From contig JACRKF010000014.1 of NCBI GenBank assembly GCA_016219865.1, positions 1 through 55,161 on the forward strand: a DNA stretch of 55,161 nt. The letters are read 5' to 3'. The notes under the pieces are model-generated. The model saw only the letters and a list, made by a program, of their open reading frames with translations, did no database searches and was not told where the DNA came from. The DNA is from Candidatus Woesearchaeota archaeon (GTDB lineage Archaea; Nanobdellota; Nanobdellia; Woesearchaeales; DSVV01). A program made the translations under genes and the position numbers. Positions 19,201 through 27,500 of the stretch are shown here, piece by piece (within the stretch, counting starts at the first letter, position 1; every line of letters starts with the position of its first letter).

Positions 19201-19775
19201 CACATCAGCCAGGTGATCCTCCTAACTTAGGTGATTTTACAGTTGGGTTAAATCTTGATCCGCAGCAGAGTTTAATTGTTGCGTTAATTTGTTCACCTCC
19301 TTGTCTGCCAACTATAAAAAATAAATTTACAGCAATGAAACAAATTGCTGTTTCAAATAATGTCTGCAGAAACTTGGCATATAGAACAACTAAGACTGAT
19401 AAATCTCCTGCTGACTTTAGTAAATGCGATGGTCTTAAAGGACAGCAAATATGTCAATTTATTGTTGGAGAAATTTGGTATATTGTGCCGTCTATAATAT
19501 CGCAGTTTGCAACAAAATGGGTTTCATATTTTGTAGAAAAAGGCTTGCGTTATATTGGCGGTTGTCCAGATGGAATACAAAGTCCAGGAACAACTGTTTG
19601 CATTGTTACCAGAATAGAGATTGCAATATCAACTGCTTTCAAAATAACAGAAACAGTTGCTAAATTTGAAAAGTTGGCAAAAGCGTTTGACTTTGACACA
19701 AAAAGCGCAGATGATACAGAAGATGATATTGAAAAAGAGTACGAAGAAGCTTACGGGGAGATTCCTGAAGAATAA
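16230..19775 (+). CDS. Family B giant secreted protein, copy 1 (Ig-like repeats plus Cys-rich core)
   Basis: 1181 aa starting 2 nt after the family A gene. Sec-type signal (..FFSAGALAATGQ), four or more repeat modules bordered by D-x-x-(A/G)-P motifs, a Cys-rich core shared with 33136-39159, an acidic tail, and no TM anchor. Confidence 0.8.
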   Translation: MKKRNNLIKISKDAKKFVNKSLALFMITLVLTLPFFSAGALAATGQIEEVAYSGDAGIAGYINGKDDVLHVAIVASKDVGETTNKDIVIEFNNKQVNADKCEAATATSAVLDETALVGVPHKYICTYTSEQKTYSAGKMDLKVKLVDKPTVSILDTVLKEVLVDGYGPEINLDIPSGTKDSFTLKYDIKDKICKDCAQQCVGLSQVFLVVNGNIADQQEFADQNLCDYSVNEEKSIGDLNLEFGKNEICVAAVDKLGNIGGKDKKKGECKTINVDNTAPIFDENSFVILDDKTGMVMNFRKDTVTTATIMINVTDDQTKIKPQNVEADFSALNAAYKSEYKSIKPTQCKEYELEISSEQSISLYECAWSKIKIAGNLEADSIPVTIKAKDASENAAVFSKTLNLPIDAADPKVVKIVALSETGQQIKYLNGDNNTIALLIDEQGAGLSKANVYIKINGKESKATRCIADNGWICLFENVQSLSGQTGDSKLISVVTEKSSDDIGNFFDDKGDNKEIFLLDADAPEFSSKSISIKPSGVERDTLVNGDIVDIKALIKERGAGLSAENAYADITAFDPSLEGDAARLKAEDCSVKTENDESAAVAPTSAPADGEADAAEVEEDLFSNDEQLYECTFQYSGSIAAQDISLEIVARDLANNQKRSSDDDEYGKIKAVEIAQKKADFFVDSLEIKADEINRNHLWMSDAGAIVRAEVTLQAKGGKEPYVHGFRFGTCAGAIDTEKSLNGSTPITFNEYGTPEVKSKGRRTKLILLTLPTMDKKLLKDAKTFTVTCDGAITQSSSKNSNIFSPDEAFQAVITIPIGSSVYNPGDAALNKIIEGKGFVDAMDAILSVLEPIVDILSKICEPINDIRTIINNICAVINGLAIVFTGTPWGEATGAASTLRGNDNTCTDIGKFMDKLWQGSSPDPEAWNEKSFASIGYWCDLVLCTSCSEQWGSNILGGWGGDIPGSPASVFGDKIKSDPSAARAAADLTHQPGDPPNLGDFTVGLNLDPQQSLIVALICSPPCLPTIKNKFTAMKQIAVSNNVCRNLAYRTTKTDKSPADFSKCDGLKGQQICQFIVGEIWYIVPSIISQFATKWVSYFVEKGLRYIGGCPDGIQSPGTTVCIVTRIEIAISTAFKITETVAKFEKLAKAFDFDTKSADDTEDDIEKEYEEAYGEIPEE

Positions 19776-19779
19776 ACAC

Positions 19780-19815
19780 TTTGCTTTTTTCTGAATGCGT
19801 TCAGAAAAAAGCAAA
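19780..19815 (+). terminator. Perfect 16-bp hairpin with T6 run just after the family B1 stop codon
   Basis: tttgcttttttctgaa-tgcg-ttcagaaaaaagcaaa, 5 nt after TAA 19773-19775. Confidence 0.45.
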
Positions 19816-19928
19816 TAGCAGGGATTATGGTTTTGGAGCGGGTAATTCGAGCAAAAGAGAATCTTGGTAGAAAACTGCAAAAATTGAAGAAAATTTTGCA
19901 AAGTTCTCTGAACGGAGTGAACTTTTTT

Positions 19929-21278
19929 ATGAAATTGAAAGAATCAGAAACAGTTGAATTTAAGAAATCAACGAGTGAGTTAAAAGAAGCTGTTATTTCG
20001 ATAGTTGCAATGCTAAATAAACATAGAAAAGGGGAATTGTATTTTGGCGTCAGAAATGATGGTGTTGTTGTTGGGCAAACAATTGGCGAGAATACAATCA
20101 GAGATATATCTAAAGCTGTTTCTGATAATATTGAACCAAAAATATTCCCTAAGATAAATGAACTATTGCTTGAAAACAAAAAGTGCGTAGTTGTTGATTT
20201 TGTTGGTCGAGATATTCCTTATTATGCATATGGCAGAGCGTATATGCGCGTTGGTGATGAGGATAAAAAGATAAGAGCTAAAGAACTTGAGAATATGATT
20301 ATCTCTAAAAATAAAGATAAATTGCAATGGGATAAAGAAATCTGCAAAAATGCTACATTAGATGATATTGATGATGAAACTGTAAAAATATTTATTGATT
20401 TAGCAAAAGAAAGCAAGAAAATAAAAATTACAAATGAAACAAAAATAATGATATTAAAAAAGTTGGAACTTATGAATAATAGTAATCATTTAACTAATGC
20501 AGCAATACTTCTTTTTGGAAAGCAGCCACAGCATTTCTTTAGTAATATATCAATCAGATGTGGAAGATTTAAAGGAGTTGGACAACAAGAATTTATAGAT
20601 ATGAAAGATTTTGAAGGCAATCTTTTTACTTGTTTGGAGAAATCTGTGTCATTTCTTAAAGATCATTTGCATATAACTGCAAAAATAAAAGGATTACTAA
20701 GAATTGAAAAATGGGAAATTCCTCTTGAAGCATTAAGAGAGGCAATTATTAATGCTTTGATTCATAGGGATTATTATGATACAAGCAATATTTATATAAA
20801 GATCTATGATGATTCAATTGTTATAGCAAATCCTGGCAAACTTCCCGATGTTTTAACAATAAAAGATTTATATAAAACACATGAATCAAAACCAAAAAAT
20901 CAATTGCTTGCAAATGTATTTTATTATGCCGGATTTATTGATAAATGGGGAAATGGGATTCTGAATATAATTGATTTCTTGAAAAAAGAAAATCTAGAAA
21001 AGCCAATATTTGAACAAAGCGGTGGTTCATTTAGAATAATCTTTAAGCGACCAATGTTAGAAAACGACCTAGAAAAGAAAACTGTGGAGAAAACTGTGGA
21101 GAAAATGTTAACAATGATTAAAGAGAATCTAAGTATTACGCAACAAGAGCTTTCAAGAAAGACTGGATTAACAAGAAGAGGAGTAGAATGGAACCTAAAG
21201 CAACTTAAAGAAAGAAATCTTATCGAGAGAGTTGGTCCAGACAAAGGCGGATATTGGAAAGTTATTCAAAAGAAATAG
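19929..21278 (+). CDS. AlbA_2 (Schlafen-like) / HATPase_c_4 / winged-helix putative transcriptional regulator, copy 1
   Basis: Starts MKLKESETVEFKKSTSELKEA (AlbA_2 hallmark). Central EALREAIINALIHRDY and FIDKWGNGI (RecG-C-terminal-like ATPase fold). C-terminal wHTH ending GPDKGGYWKV. ATG 19929 chosen by alignment with the paralog at 23123. The ORF-track extension from 19827 has no support. Confidence 0.8.
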   Translation: MKLKESETVEFKKSTSELKEAVISIVAMLNKHRKGELYFGVRNDGVVVGQTIGENTIRDISKAVSDNIEPKIFPKINELLLENKKCVVVDFVGRDIPYYAYGRAYMRVGDEDKKIRAKELENMIISKNKDKLQWDKEICKNATLDDIDDETVKIFIDLAKESKKIKITNETKIMILKKLELMNNSNHLTNAAILLFGKQPQHFFSNISIRCGRFKGVGQQEFIDMKDFEGNLFTCLEKSVSFLKDHLHITAKIKGLLRIEKWEIPLEALREAIINALIHRDYYDTSNIYIKIYDDSIVIANPGKLPDVLTIKDLYKTHESKPKNQLLANVFYYAGFIDKWGNGILNIIDFLKKENLEKPIFEQSGGSFRIIFKRPMLENDLEKKTVEKTVEKMLTMIKENLSITQQELSRKTGLTRRGVEWNLKQLKERNLIERVGPDKGGYWKVIQKK

Positions 21279-21321
21279 AAGAATCTAAATAGCAGTTAAT
21301 TAAAAAGAAAGGTAAGAAACA

Positions 21322-22980
21322 ATGAAAGATTTCAAACGAATGCTTGTAATGATTATCGTAATAATTCTTTTGATAGCTATAAGCTTATTTGCTGAGAAAA
21401 GTGATTTTAACCAAGAAAAAAAGGATTTGATTGGGAAAGTGATTACTGTTGCTCAAATTGATGCATTTCCAACAAACTCACTTATAAAAGCAGATGATGG
21501 AAGATATTTAAAGGATGGAGCTGTTTTTTATAAAGTAAAAGATGGTAACACACTATCTCCAGGTACGATTACATCAGCTCAATTATTAGGGAAATGCGCT
21601 AAAGAATGTACGATAGTTGGTTATTTGAAATCAGGTCAACAAGTACTGCAAGTTGGTAAAGTGTATCACTTTAATCAAATTTCTGATCAATTATCATCTT
21701 CTTCAGCAACTATAAATTATAATTATAAACTTAATGAAGCTGTAAGTGGTGATGTACTAATAATTGGTTCAGAAACATATATCAAGAGAAAAGGTGGTTG
21801 GGTGAAATCAGATAATGAGAATGATGATGAAAACAAGCCAAGAATAAATGATGCAGAAGTAGATATATTAATCAAATCTAATTGTAAAAATAGAAATCAA
21901 TGTAGTTTAAATTCTAAAGATTTGGTAACAGTGACTACAGTTCCAGCTGAATCACCTAAATTAGTTTCAGTTGATGACGCACAACAATCACCTTCTCACA
22001 TAAACAATGATGGTTCAGTTACATTCAAATCAGCAGATGGCAAACAAATATTCATCGTTCCTGCAGGACAATCAGATGTGTTTATCTGTAATGATGATAA
22101 ATGTGAAAAGCCAACAAAATGTTCTAGATGTAAATTTGAAAAGAAAGATGGCATGCATACATTTCTTAATAATGGCGAGGAAGTTGAAACAGATTTAGAT
22201 GAAGATGAAACTCCTGAAATTATTCGAGAGAAGAATGAAGATTTTTGCACAAAAGAAAATAATATGGATCAAGGACAATGTCAATATGTAAAGCAAAATT
22301 TAATCAGTGCTGTAAATATTGCAACTGCGCCATTTAGAGCAGAAATTGAAAGAATTATTTCTCCATATATTAATTCATTATTGGATGAAATGTGGATAGG
22401 AAGCAATAGAAATTTCATAATGGCTTGGTGCGGAGCAAAGTATTATGAAAAAGAAGGTTCACAGATTCAAGCATTTGGAAGTATATCTGATAGTTGGAAA
22501 GCACCTAATACTTTTGGTGTTCAAGATCCAGTTGATGTTGTTTATAATGGATTATTAAGCGGTGAAAATAATATCATCAAAATGTCAGGCACTAAAGAAG
22601 AAATTACACCAGAAATGTATCGTTATTCTGGAAGAGTACAATTGCTGGGTAATATGCAATATAGAGTTTATTTCTATAACTCTTGCACTAAACAAAGTTC
22701 TTTATTTGAAGGCGGCTTTGTTAAAGAAGGGCAATTATCTGCAACAGGCCAGCCAAATTATGATATTCAACAGTATAATGATTATTTTGCAGGAGCTGCA
22801 ACAACATTTAATTGTAAAACTGGAGCTTGCAGGTTTAATCAACTTTGCGCGCGAACAATTAAAACTATAAATAATGAAGATCAAAAAGAAGAAGAAACTT
22901 GCGTAACGCTTGCAAAAAAGAAATTCTTGACGCCATTTAAAGACGGCAAAGCTAGCAAAGATGGCAGTGTTGATTGTTAA
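21322..22980 (+). CDS. Family C secreted protein, copy 1 (variable repeats plus conserved 9-Cys C-terminal domain)
   Basis: 552 aa with N-terminal signal anchor. The C-terminal ~250 aa are highly similar to the C-terminus of 24584-28681 (NIATAPFRAE, WIGSNRNFIMA.CGAKYYEKEG, IIKMSGTKEEIT). Ends in ...GSVDC. Confidence 0.8.
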   Translation: MKDFKRMLVMIIVIILLIAISLFAEKSDFNQEKKDLIGKVITVAQIDAFPTNSLIKADDGRYLKDGAVFYKVKDGNTLSPGTITSAQLLGKCAKECTIVGYLKSGQQVLQVGKVYHFNQISDQLSSSSATINYNYKLNEAVSGDVLIIGSETYIKRKGGWVKSDNENDDENKPRINDAEVDILIKSNCKNRNQCSLNSKDLVTVTTVPAESPKLVSVDDAQQSPSHINNDGSVTFKSADGKQIFIVPAGQSDVFICNDDKCEKPTKCSRCKFEKKDGMHTFLNNGEEVETDLDEDETPEIIREKNEDFCTKENNMDQGQCQYVKQNLISAVNIATAPFRAEIERIISPYINSLLDEMWIGSNRNFIMAWCGAKYYEKEGSQIQAFGSISDSWKAPNTFGVQDPVDVVYNGLLSGENNIIKMSGTKEEITPEMYRYSGRVQLLGNMQYRVYFYNSCTKQSSLFEGGFVKEGQLSATGQPNYDIQQYNDYFAGAATTFNCKTGACRFNQLCARTIKTINNEDQKEEETCVTLAKKKFLTPFKDGKASKDGSVDC

Positions 22981-23088
22981 AAGTATTTTTCTGAGTCAAA
23001 AATAGAAGAATATAAAAAGAAGTTAATTAATAATATAAAATAGTTAAAAAAGTGCAAGAGTTACGCTATCTTCACTATTACTGAGCTT

Positions 23089-23121
23089 AAAAAAACGACG
23101 ACTAAAAGGAGGAGTTTTTTT
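23089..23121 (+). promoter_or_regulatory. Conserved SD-containing leader hairpin motif, copy 2
   Basis: aaaaaaacgacgactaaaaggaggagttttttt directly 5' of ATG 23123. Shares aaaaaacgacga and ggagtttttt with copy 1. Confidence 0.45.
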
Positions 23122-23122
23122 A

Positions 23123-24481
23123 ATGAAATTCAAAGAATCAGAAACAGTTGAACTTAAAAAATCAACAAGTGAATTAAAGGAAGCTGTTATTTCTATAGTT
23201 GCAATGCTGAATAAACAGCATAAAGGTGAAGTCTATTTTGGAATAAGAAATGATGGTGCTGTAGTTGGGCAAACAATATCAGAGAATACAATTAGGGAGA
23301 TTTCAAGGGTAATATCTGAATCTATTGAACCAAAAATCTATCCAAAAATAGATGAAGTTGTTGTTAATGGTAAAAATTGTGTGTCTGTTGTTTTTCTTGG
23401 AAATGATATTCCTTATTATGCTTATAGCAGAGCATATATGCGTGTTGGTGATGAGGATAGGAAGATTAGTGCTAGAGAACTAGAGAGAATAATTCTTGAA
23501 AAAAATAAGGAAAAATTGCGTTGGGATAATCAGATATGTAAAGGTGCTAAGCTAAGTGATATTGATAATGAAACTTTACAAAAATTCATTGATTTAACAA
23601 AAAAAGAGAAACGAATCATCATAACTGAGAAAAATAATGAACTTATTCTCAAAAAATTAGGTTTGGTCACTAAAGAAGGTATAACAAATGCAGCAATACT
23701 TTTGTTTGGTAAAGAACCTCTTCGTTTTTTTTTCAACAGTACAGTAAAAGCTGGAAGGTTTAAAGATTTCATAAAGAAAGAATTCATTGATATTAAAGAT
23801 TTTAATGGTAATCTTTTTCAAACTCTTGAAAATGTTATGCTTTTTTTTCAGAACCACCTGCATACTCGAGCAAGGATTGAAGGATTGCAAAGAATTGAAA
23901 AATGGGAGATACCTCTTGAAGCATTGAGAGAAGCAGTGATTAATGCTCTTATCCATCGTAATTATTTTAATAATGAATCTACATATATAAAAATCTATGA
24001 TGCAGCAGTTATTATTGCAAATCCTGGTAATTTATTGGCAAATCTTTCTATTTCTGATTTATACAAAGAGCATAATTCTGAATTACGCAATCCGTTATTA
24101 GCATATACTTTTTATTATGCTGGGTTCATCGATAAATGGGGCAGAGGAATTCTTAATATTGTTGATTCTCTCAAACAAAATAAATTGCAAAAACCTCAAT
24201 TTGAACAAAAAGGCAGTTATTTTAGTATTATTCTTAAACGAGAATTAGTTGAAAATGCATCTGAAAAGGTCCCTGAAAAGGTCCCTGAAAATGTTACTCC
24301 AAATCAAGAAAAGATAATTAATTCTATATCAAGAAGTAATTTTATCACAATTCCTGAATTATCAAAAATTATTGGCATTTCAGAGAGAAAGATTAGGGAA
24401 AATATAAGAAAATTAAAACAAAAAAAATTGCTCGAAAGAATCGGTCCAGACAAAGGCGGCTATTGGAAACTGTTGCGATAG
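23123..24481 (+). CDS. AlbA_2 (Schlafen-like) / HATPase_c_4 / winged-helix putative transcriptional regulator, copy 2
   Basis: 452 aa and collinear with 19929-21278. About nine in ten nucleotides of the first ~95 nt are identical by my eye count. Same ESETVE.KKS, EALREA.INALIHR, FIDKWG.GI and GPDKGGYWK motifs. Confidence 0.85.
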   Translation: MKFKESETVELKKSTSELKEAVISIVAMLNKQHKGEVYFGIRNDGAVVGQTISENTIREISRVISESIEPKIYPKIDEVVVNGKNCVSVVFLGNDIPYYAYSRAYMRVGDEDRKISARELERIILEKNKEKLRWDNQICKGAKLSDIDNETLQKFIDLTKKEKRIIITEKNNELILKKLGLVTKEGITNAAILLFGKEPLRFFFNSTVKAGRFKDFIKKEFIDIKDFNGNLFQTLENVMLFFQNHLHTRARIEGLQRIEKWEIPLEALREAVINALIHRNYFNNESTYIKIYDAAVIIANPGNLLANLSISDLYKEHNSELRNPLLAYTFYYAGFIDKWGRGILNIVDSLKQNKLQKPQFEQKGSYFSIILKRELVENASEKVPEKVPENVTPNQEKIINSISRSNFITIPELSKIIGISERKIRENIRKLKQKKLLERIGPDKGGYWKLLR

Positions 24482-24555
24482 ATTTATTAATACAAAATAT
24501 AAAAACAAGTTTATTAATAAGCTAATTAAGTAAAAGGTCCGTAAGTTTAGCTAAT

Positions 24556-24580
24556 AAAAAACGACCTAATGGAGTTTTTT
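24556..24580 (+). promoter_or_regulatory. Conserved SD-containing leader hairpin motif, copy 3
   Basis: aaaaaacgacctaatggagtttttt. By analogy with copies 1 and 2 the gene starts at the ATG 3 nt downstream (24584), not at the ATG embedded in the motif (24569). Confidence 0.4.
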
Positions 24581-24583
24581 ATC

Positions 24584-27500
24584 ATGAAAAAAGAGGATAA
24601 GAAGGCAATAATTGTCTTAGTTTTAATTCTGATAGTGTTAGCTAGTTATTTAATTAGTAATCCTGGAGTTTTGTCGACTGATGAGAAGAAAGAGGATTTT
24701 GTTGGGATGGCAGAATATGAAGCTGGTAAAAGTCAATACAAAGCTACACAAGAGATTAAAAAAGTACCTGTTGGGTCATTAGTTACAATAAAAGCAGGCG
24801 GTGGAGGAATTTATGTTTATAAAAAATTAGATGGGAATCAATTATTATTAGTTTATGTTAATGGTAAATCAATACCAGCTCAGAAACCAAAACATGATTG
24901 GGAAGTAACTGCTGCGAGTTATGCTCAAGGAGGAAAATTAACAGCAATTGAATCATTTCCAGAACAACAAAAGAAAGCTGAACCTGCAGAAGCTAAATTT
25001 GATGAAACATCTGATGAAACAGAGGAAGATGTTGCACCAGATTTATCTCCACCAGAAGATACTGATAAAAAGAAAAAAGATGAAACATCAACACCAATTC
25101 TTTCACCAACACAAAAACTTTCTGCAGCAGAATCAACAGCGAAAGTTGAACAGCTGCAAGCAAAAGTATATGATCCTCAGACAAAATCTCTTACAGTTAC
25201 TCAACCAGATGGTTATACAATTACGTTTACTAAAACAGAAAATGGCTGGAAAGATAATTCTGGAAGTAATTATGAGGATACATCACTCGCAGTTGCAATA
25301 AGTAATAATTTAGCTTCTGGAGATTTCACAGGTGTACAATTAAAAACAAATGATGGACAAACACATACAGTAACTGGAAGTGAATTAACATTTGCTAAAC
25401 AACCAGCAACTGCCCAACAACCAACAACTCAAAAACCAGCTGTTGTTACGACAAATGATGATCAAGGAGAAACTGATGGTTTATTTCCAGCAGGTGGAAT
25501 AGTTCCTCCTGAAATTGCTGGTACAGATAATCCAGAATTAGATAAATCTCTTGAAGATGTAAAGGTTCCAGAATCTAAAGCAGGAGAAGATAAATATAAA
25601 GATGCTTTTAAATCTGCAAAGTCAGAAGATGATAAGCCAGAAATTCCTAAACCTAAACTTTATGCAGCTGAGAGTGAGGATGCTCCAAAAGGAAAGAGTG
25701 GAATAGAAACTGCTGCAACAAAAAGTTCTATTGACCAAGCAATTGATCTATATGAACAAGGGGACTATGAAGGTGTAAAGACAATAATGGAGACTGTTGT
25801 AAAAACAGAGCCTTCAACTAATAATTATTTTAAACTAGCAACTGCATTGCAAGCCTTAGGTGAAAATGAAAAAGCACTTGATGCTTATAACAAAGCAAAA
25901 AAATTAGCAAAAAATGATCAAGCAATAGCTAAAATTGAACAACAAATTGAAAATGTGCAAGAGAGTCTAGCTCAAACGTCTGTAGATGTTGAACAAATAT
26001 CTACAGCAACTAAAGTTGTAGAAGCAGAAAAGGCAGCTGCTGATGCTACAGACAAAAAAACTTCAGATGAAGAAAAAAAGACTTTAAAAGATTTAAAAGA
26101 ATGGTGGCAATCTATTTTTGGCAATGATGAAAAAGCAGATTTAGATAAAACTGGACAAGAAGCAGTTGCAGCAAAAAAAGATAGCAACGGTTTTTTACAA
26201 GGGCTTGTTGATTTCTTTTCCTTTGATAGCGATAAGACAACAACACCTGAAGAAGTCATAATGAAACAAGCTACTCCTGAAGAAGAAGCTGAAGTATTTG
26301 CTGATTGGAATTCTGGCGGAGATGATGCTGAAGATGATGTTGAGTTAATAGATGAAGAATCTGCACCTGAAGTTGAAGAAGAACCTATACCTGAAGCAGA
26401 ACCACTACAGCCAATTCCTCCTCTAGAAGTTGCTCCACTAGAACCTGAAACACCCAAAGTTGAAGGACCTATTTATGGACCTCCCACGGGAACAATAAAC
26501 AAACAAGCAACTTCTGAAATAATAGATACTAAACCGGAAAATACAATTGCTAATAACGATGAACTCAAAGTAACGCCAATAGTAGATAAACCAAAACTTG
26601 AGGATGGGAAGTTGACTGCAGAACCTCCAGCATCGACTCAAGCAACTATTACTTATTCTGCACAAGTACATACAAAAACACTTCCAGATGGAACAAAAAT
26701 GGATTACCAACTCCAAACAGGTTCAGATGGATCTACAAAAATAATTATATGTGTTGGAACAGTATGTACTACTTGCCCTAACTGTAAAGTTGAGCATAAT
26801 CCATCAGGTGGAATTAAAATAACAGAACCAAATACAAAAGGAGGAGATGATGATGTTGTTGTTTTTGGTGCTGAAGTTATACCACCAGCACAAACACCAT
26901 CAAAACCAGGAAACATCGAAGCTAAATCCATCGATAATGCTTTAGAAGATATGAAAGAAAGTAATGCTGGTTCAACAATTGAAGTTGATGGATTAAAATA
27001 CACAAAAGGAGACAATGGAAAGTGGACTGCAAAACCTCCAGAAGGCGGAACACATACATTAGGTGATGATGAAGTTGCACAAAAATGTGAAAAGAATAAA
27101 TGTAATACCAAATTAATGTTTGACGGTCAAACAAGAATTTATACTCATGATCCTGAAGCAGAAGAAAAAGTTGAAGCGCAAACAACGTCAGTTGATAAAC
27201 TTATTTCATTTGAATCTTCAGAGGTAACAGGTTTAAGTGGAATCACAGATATAGATAATGCACCAGAAGGTACAACTATTCATGTTGGTGATCAAATTTT
27301 TAAGAAAAAAGGTGGTAAGTTGGTTTTATTGGATGATTCTCTTGAAGAAACAAGCAATTCTGTAGAATTAACTCAAGAGAATAAAGCTAAGCTTGATGCA
27401 GAATTAAAGCAAAGATGTGCGGTGGGTTCAAATGAAGGTTGTGTTATAATAGTTGAATCAGCAGGCGATAAACCAGTACCAAAACCATCAACTAATTTTG

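Noticed and set aside
16230-19775. Family B proteins were considered as possible membrane fusogens (fusexin-like) or S-layer proteins.
   Set aside because: No transmembrane anchor, no recognisable fusion-loop or class-II fusogen pattern, and no S-layer motifs that I can identify by eye. Left as unassigned pending structure-based searches.
19827-19928. N-terminal ORF-track extensions at 19827, 3328, 41117, 24569 (plus strand) and up to 46066 and 48699 (minus strand).
   Set aside because: Paralog alignment, SD spacing or TATA position supports the internal ATG in each case (19929, 3373, 41198, 24584, 45922, 48624). The extensions cross hairpins, promoters or neighbouring genes.
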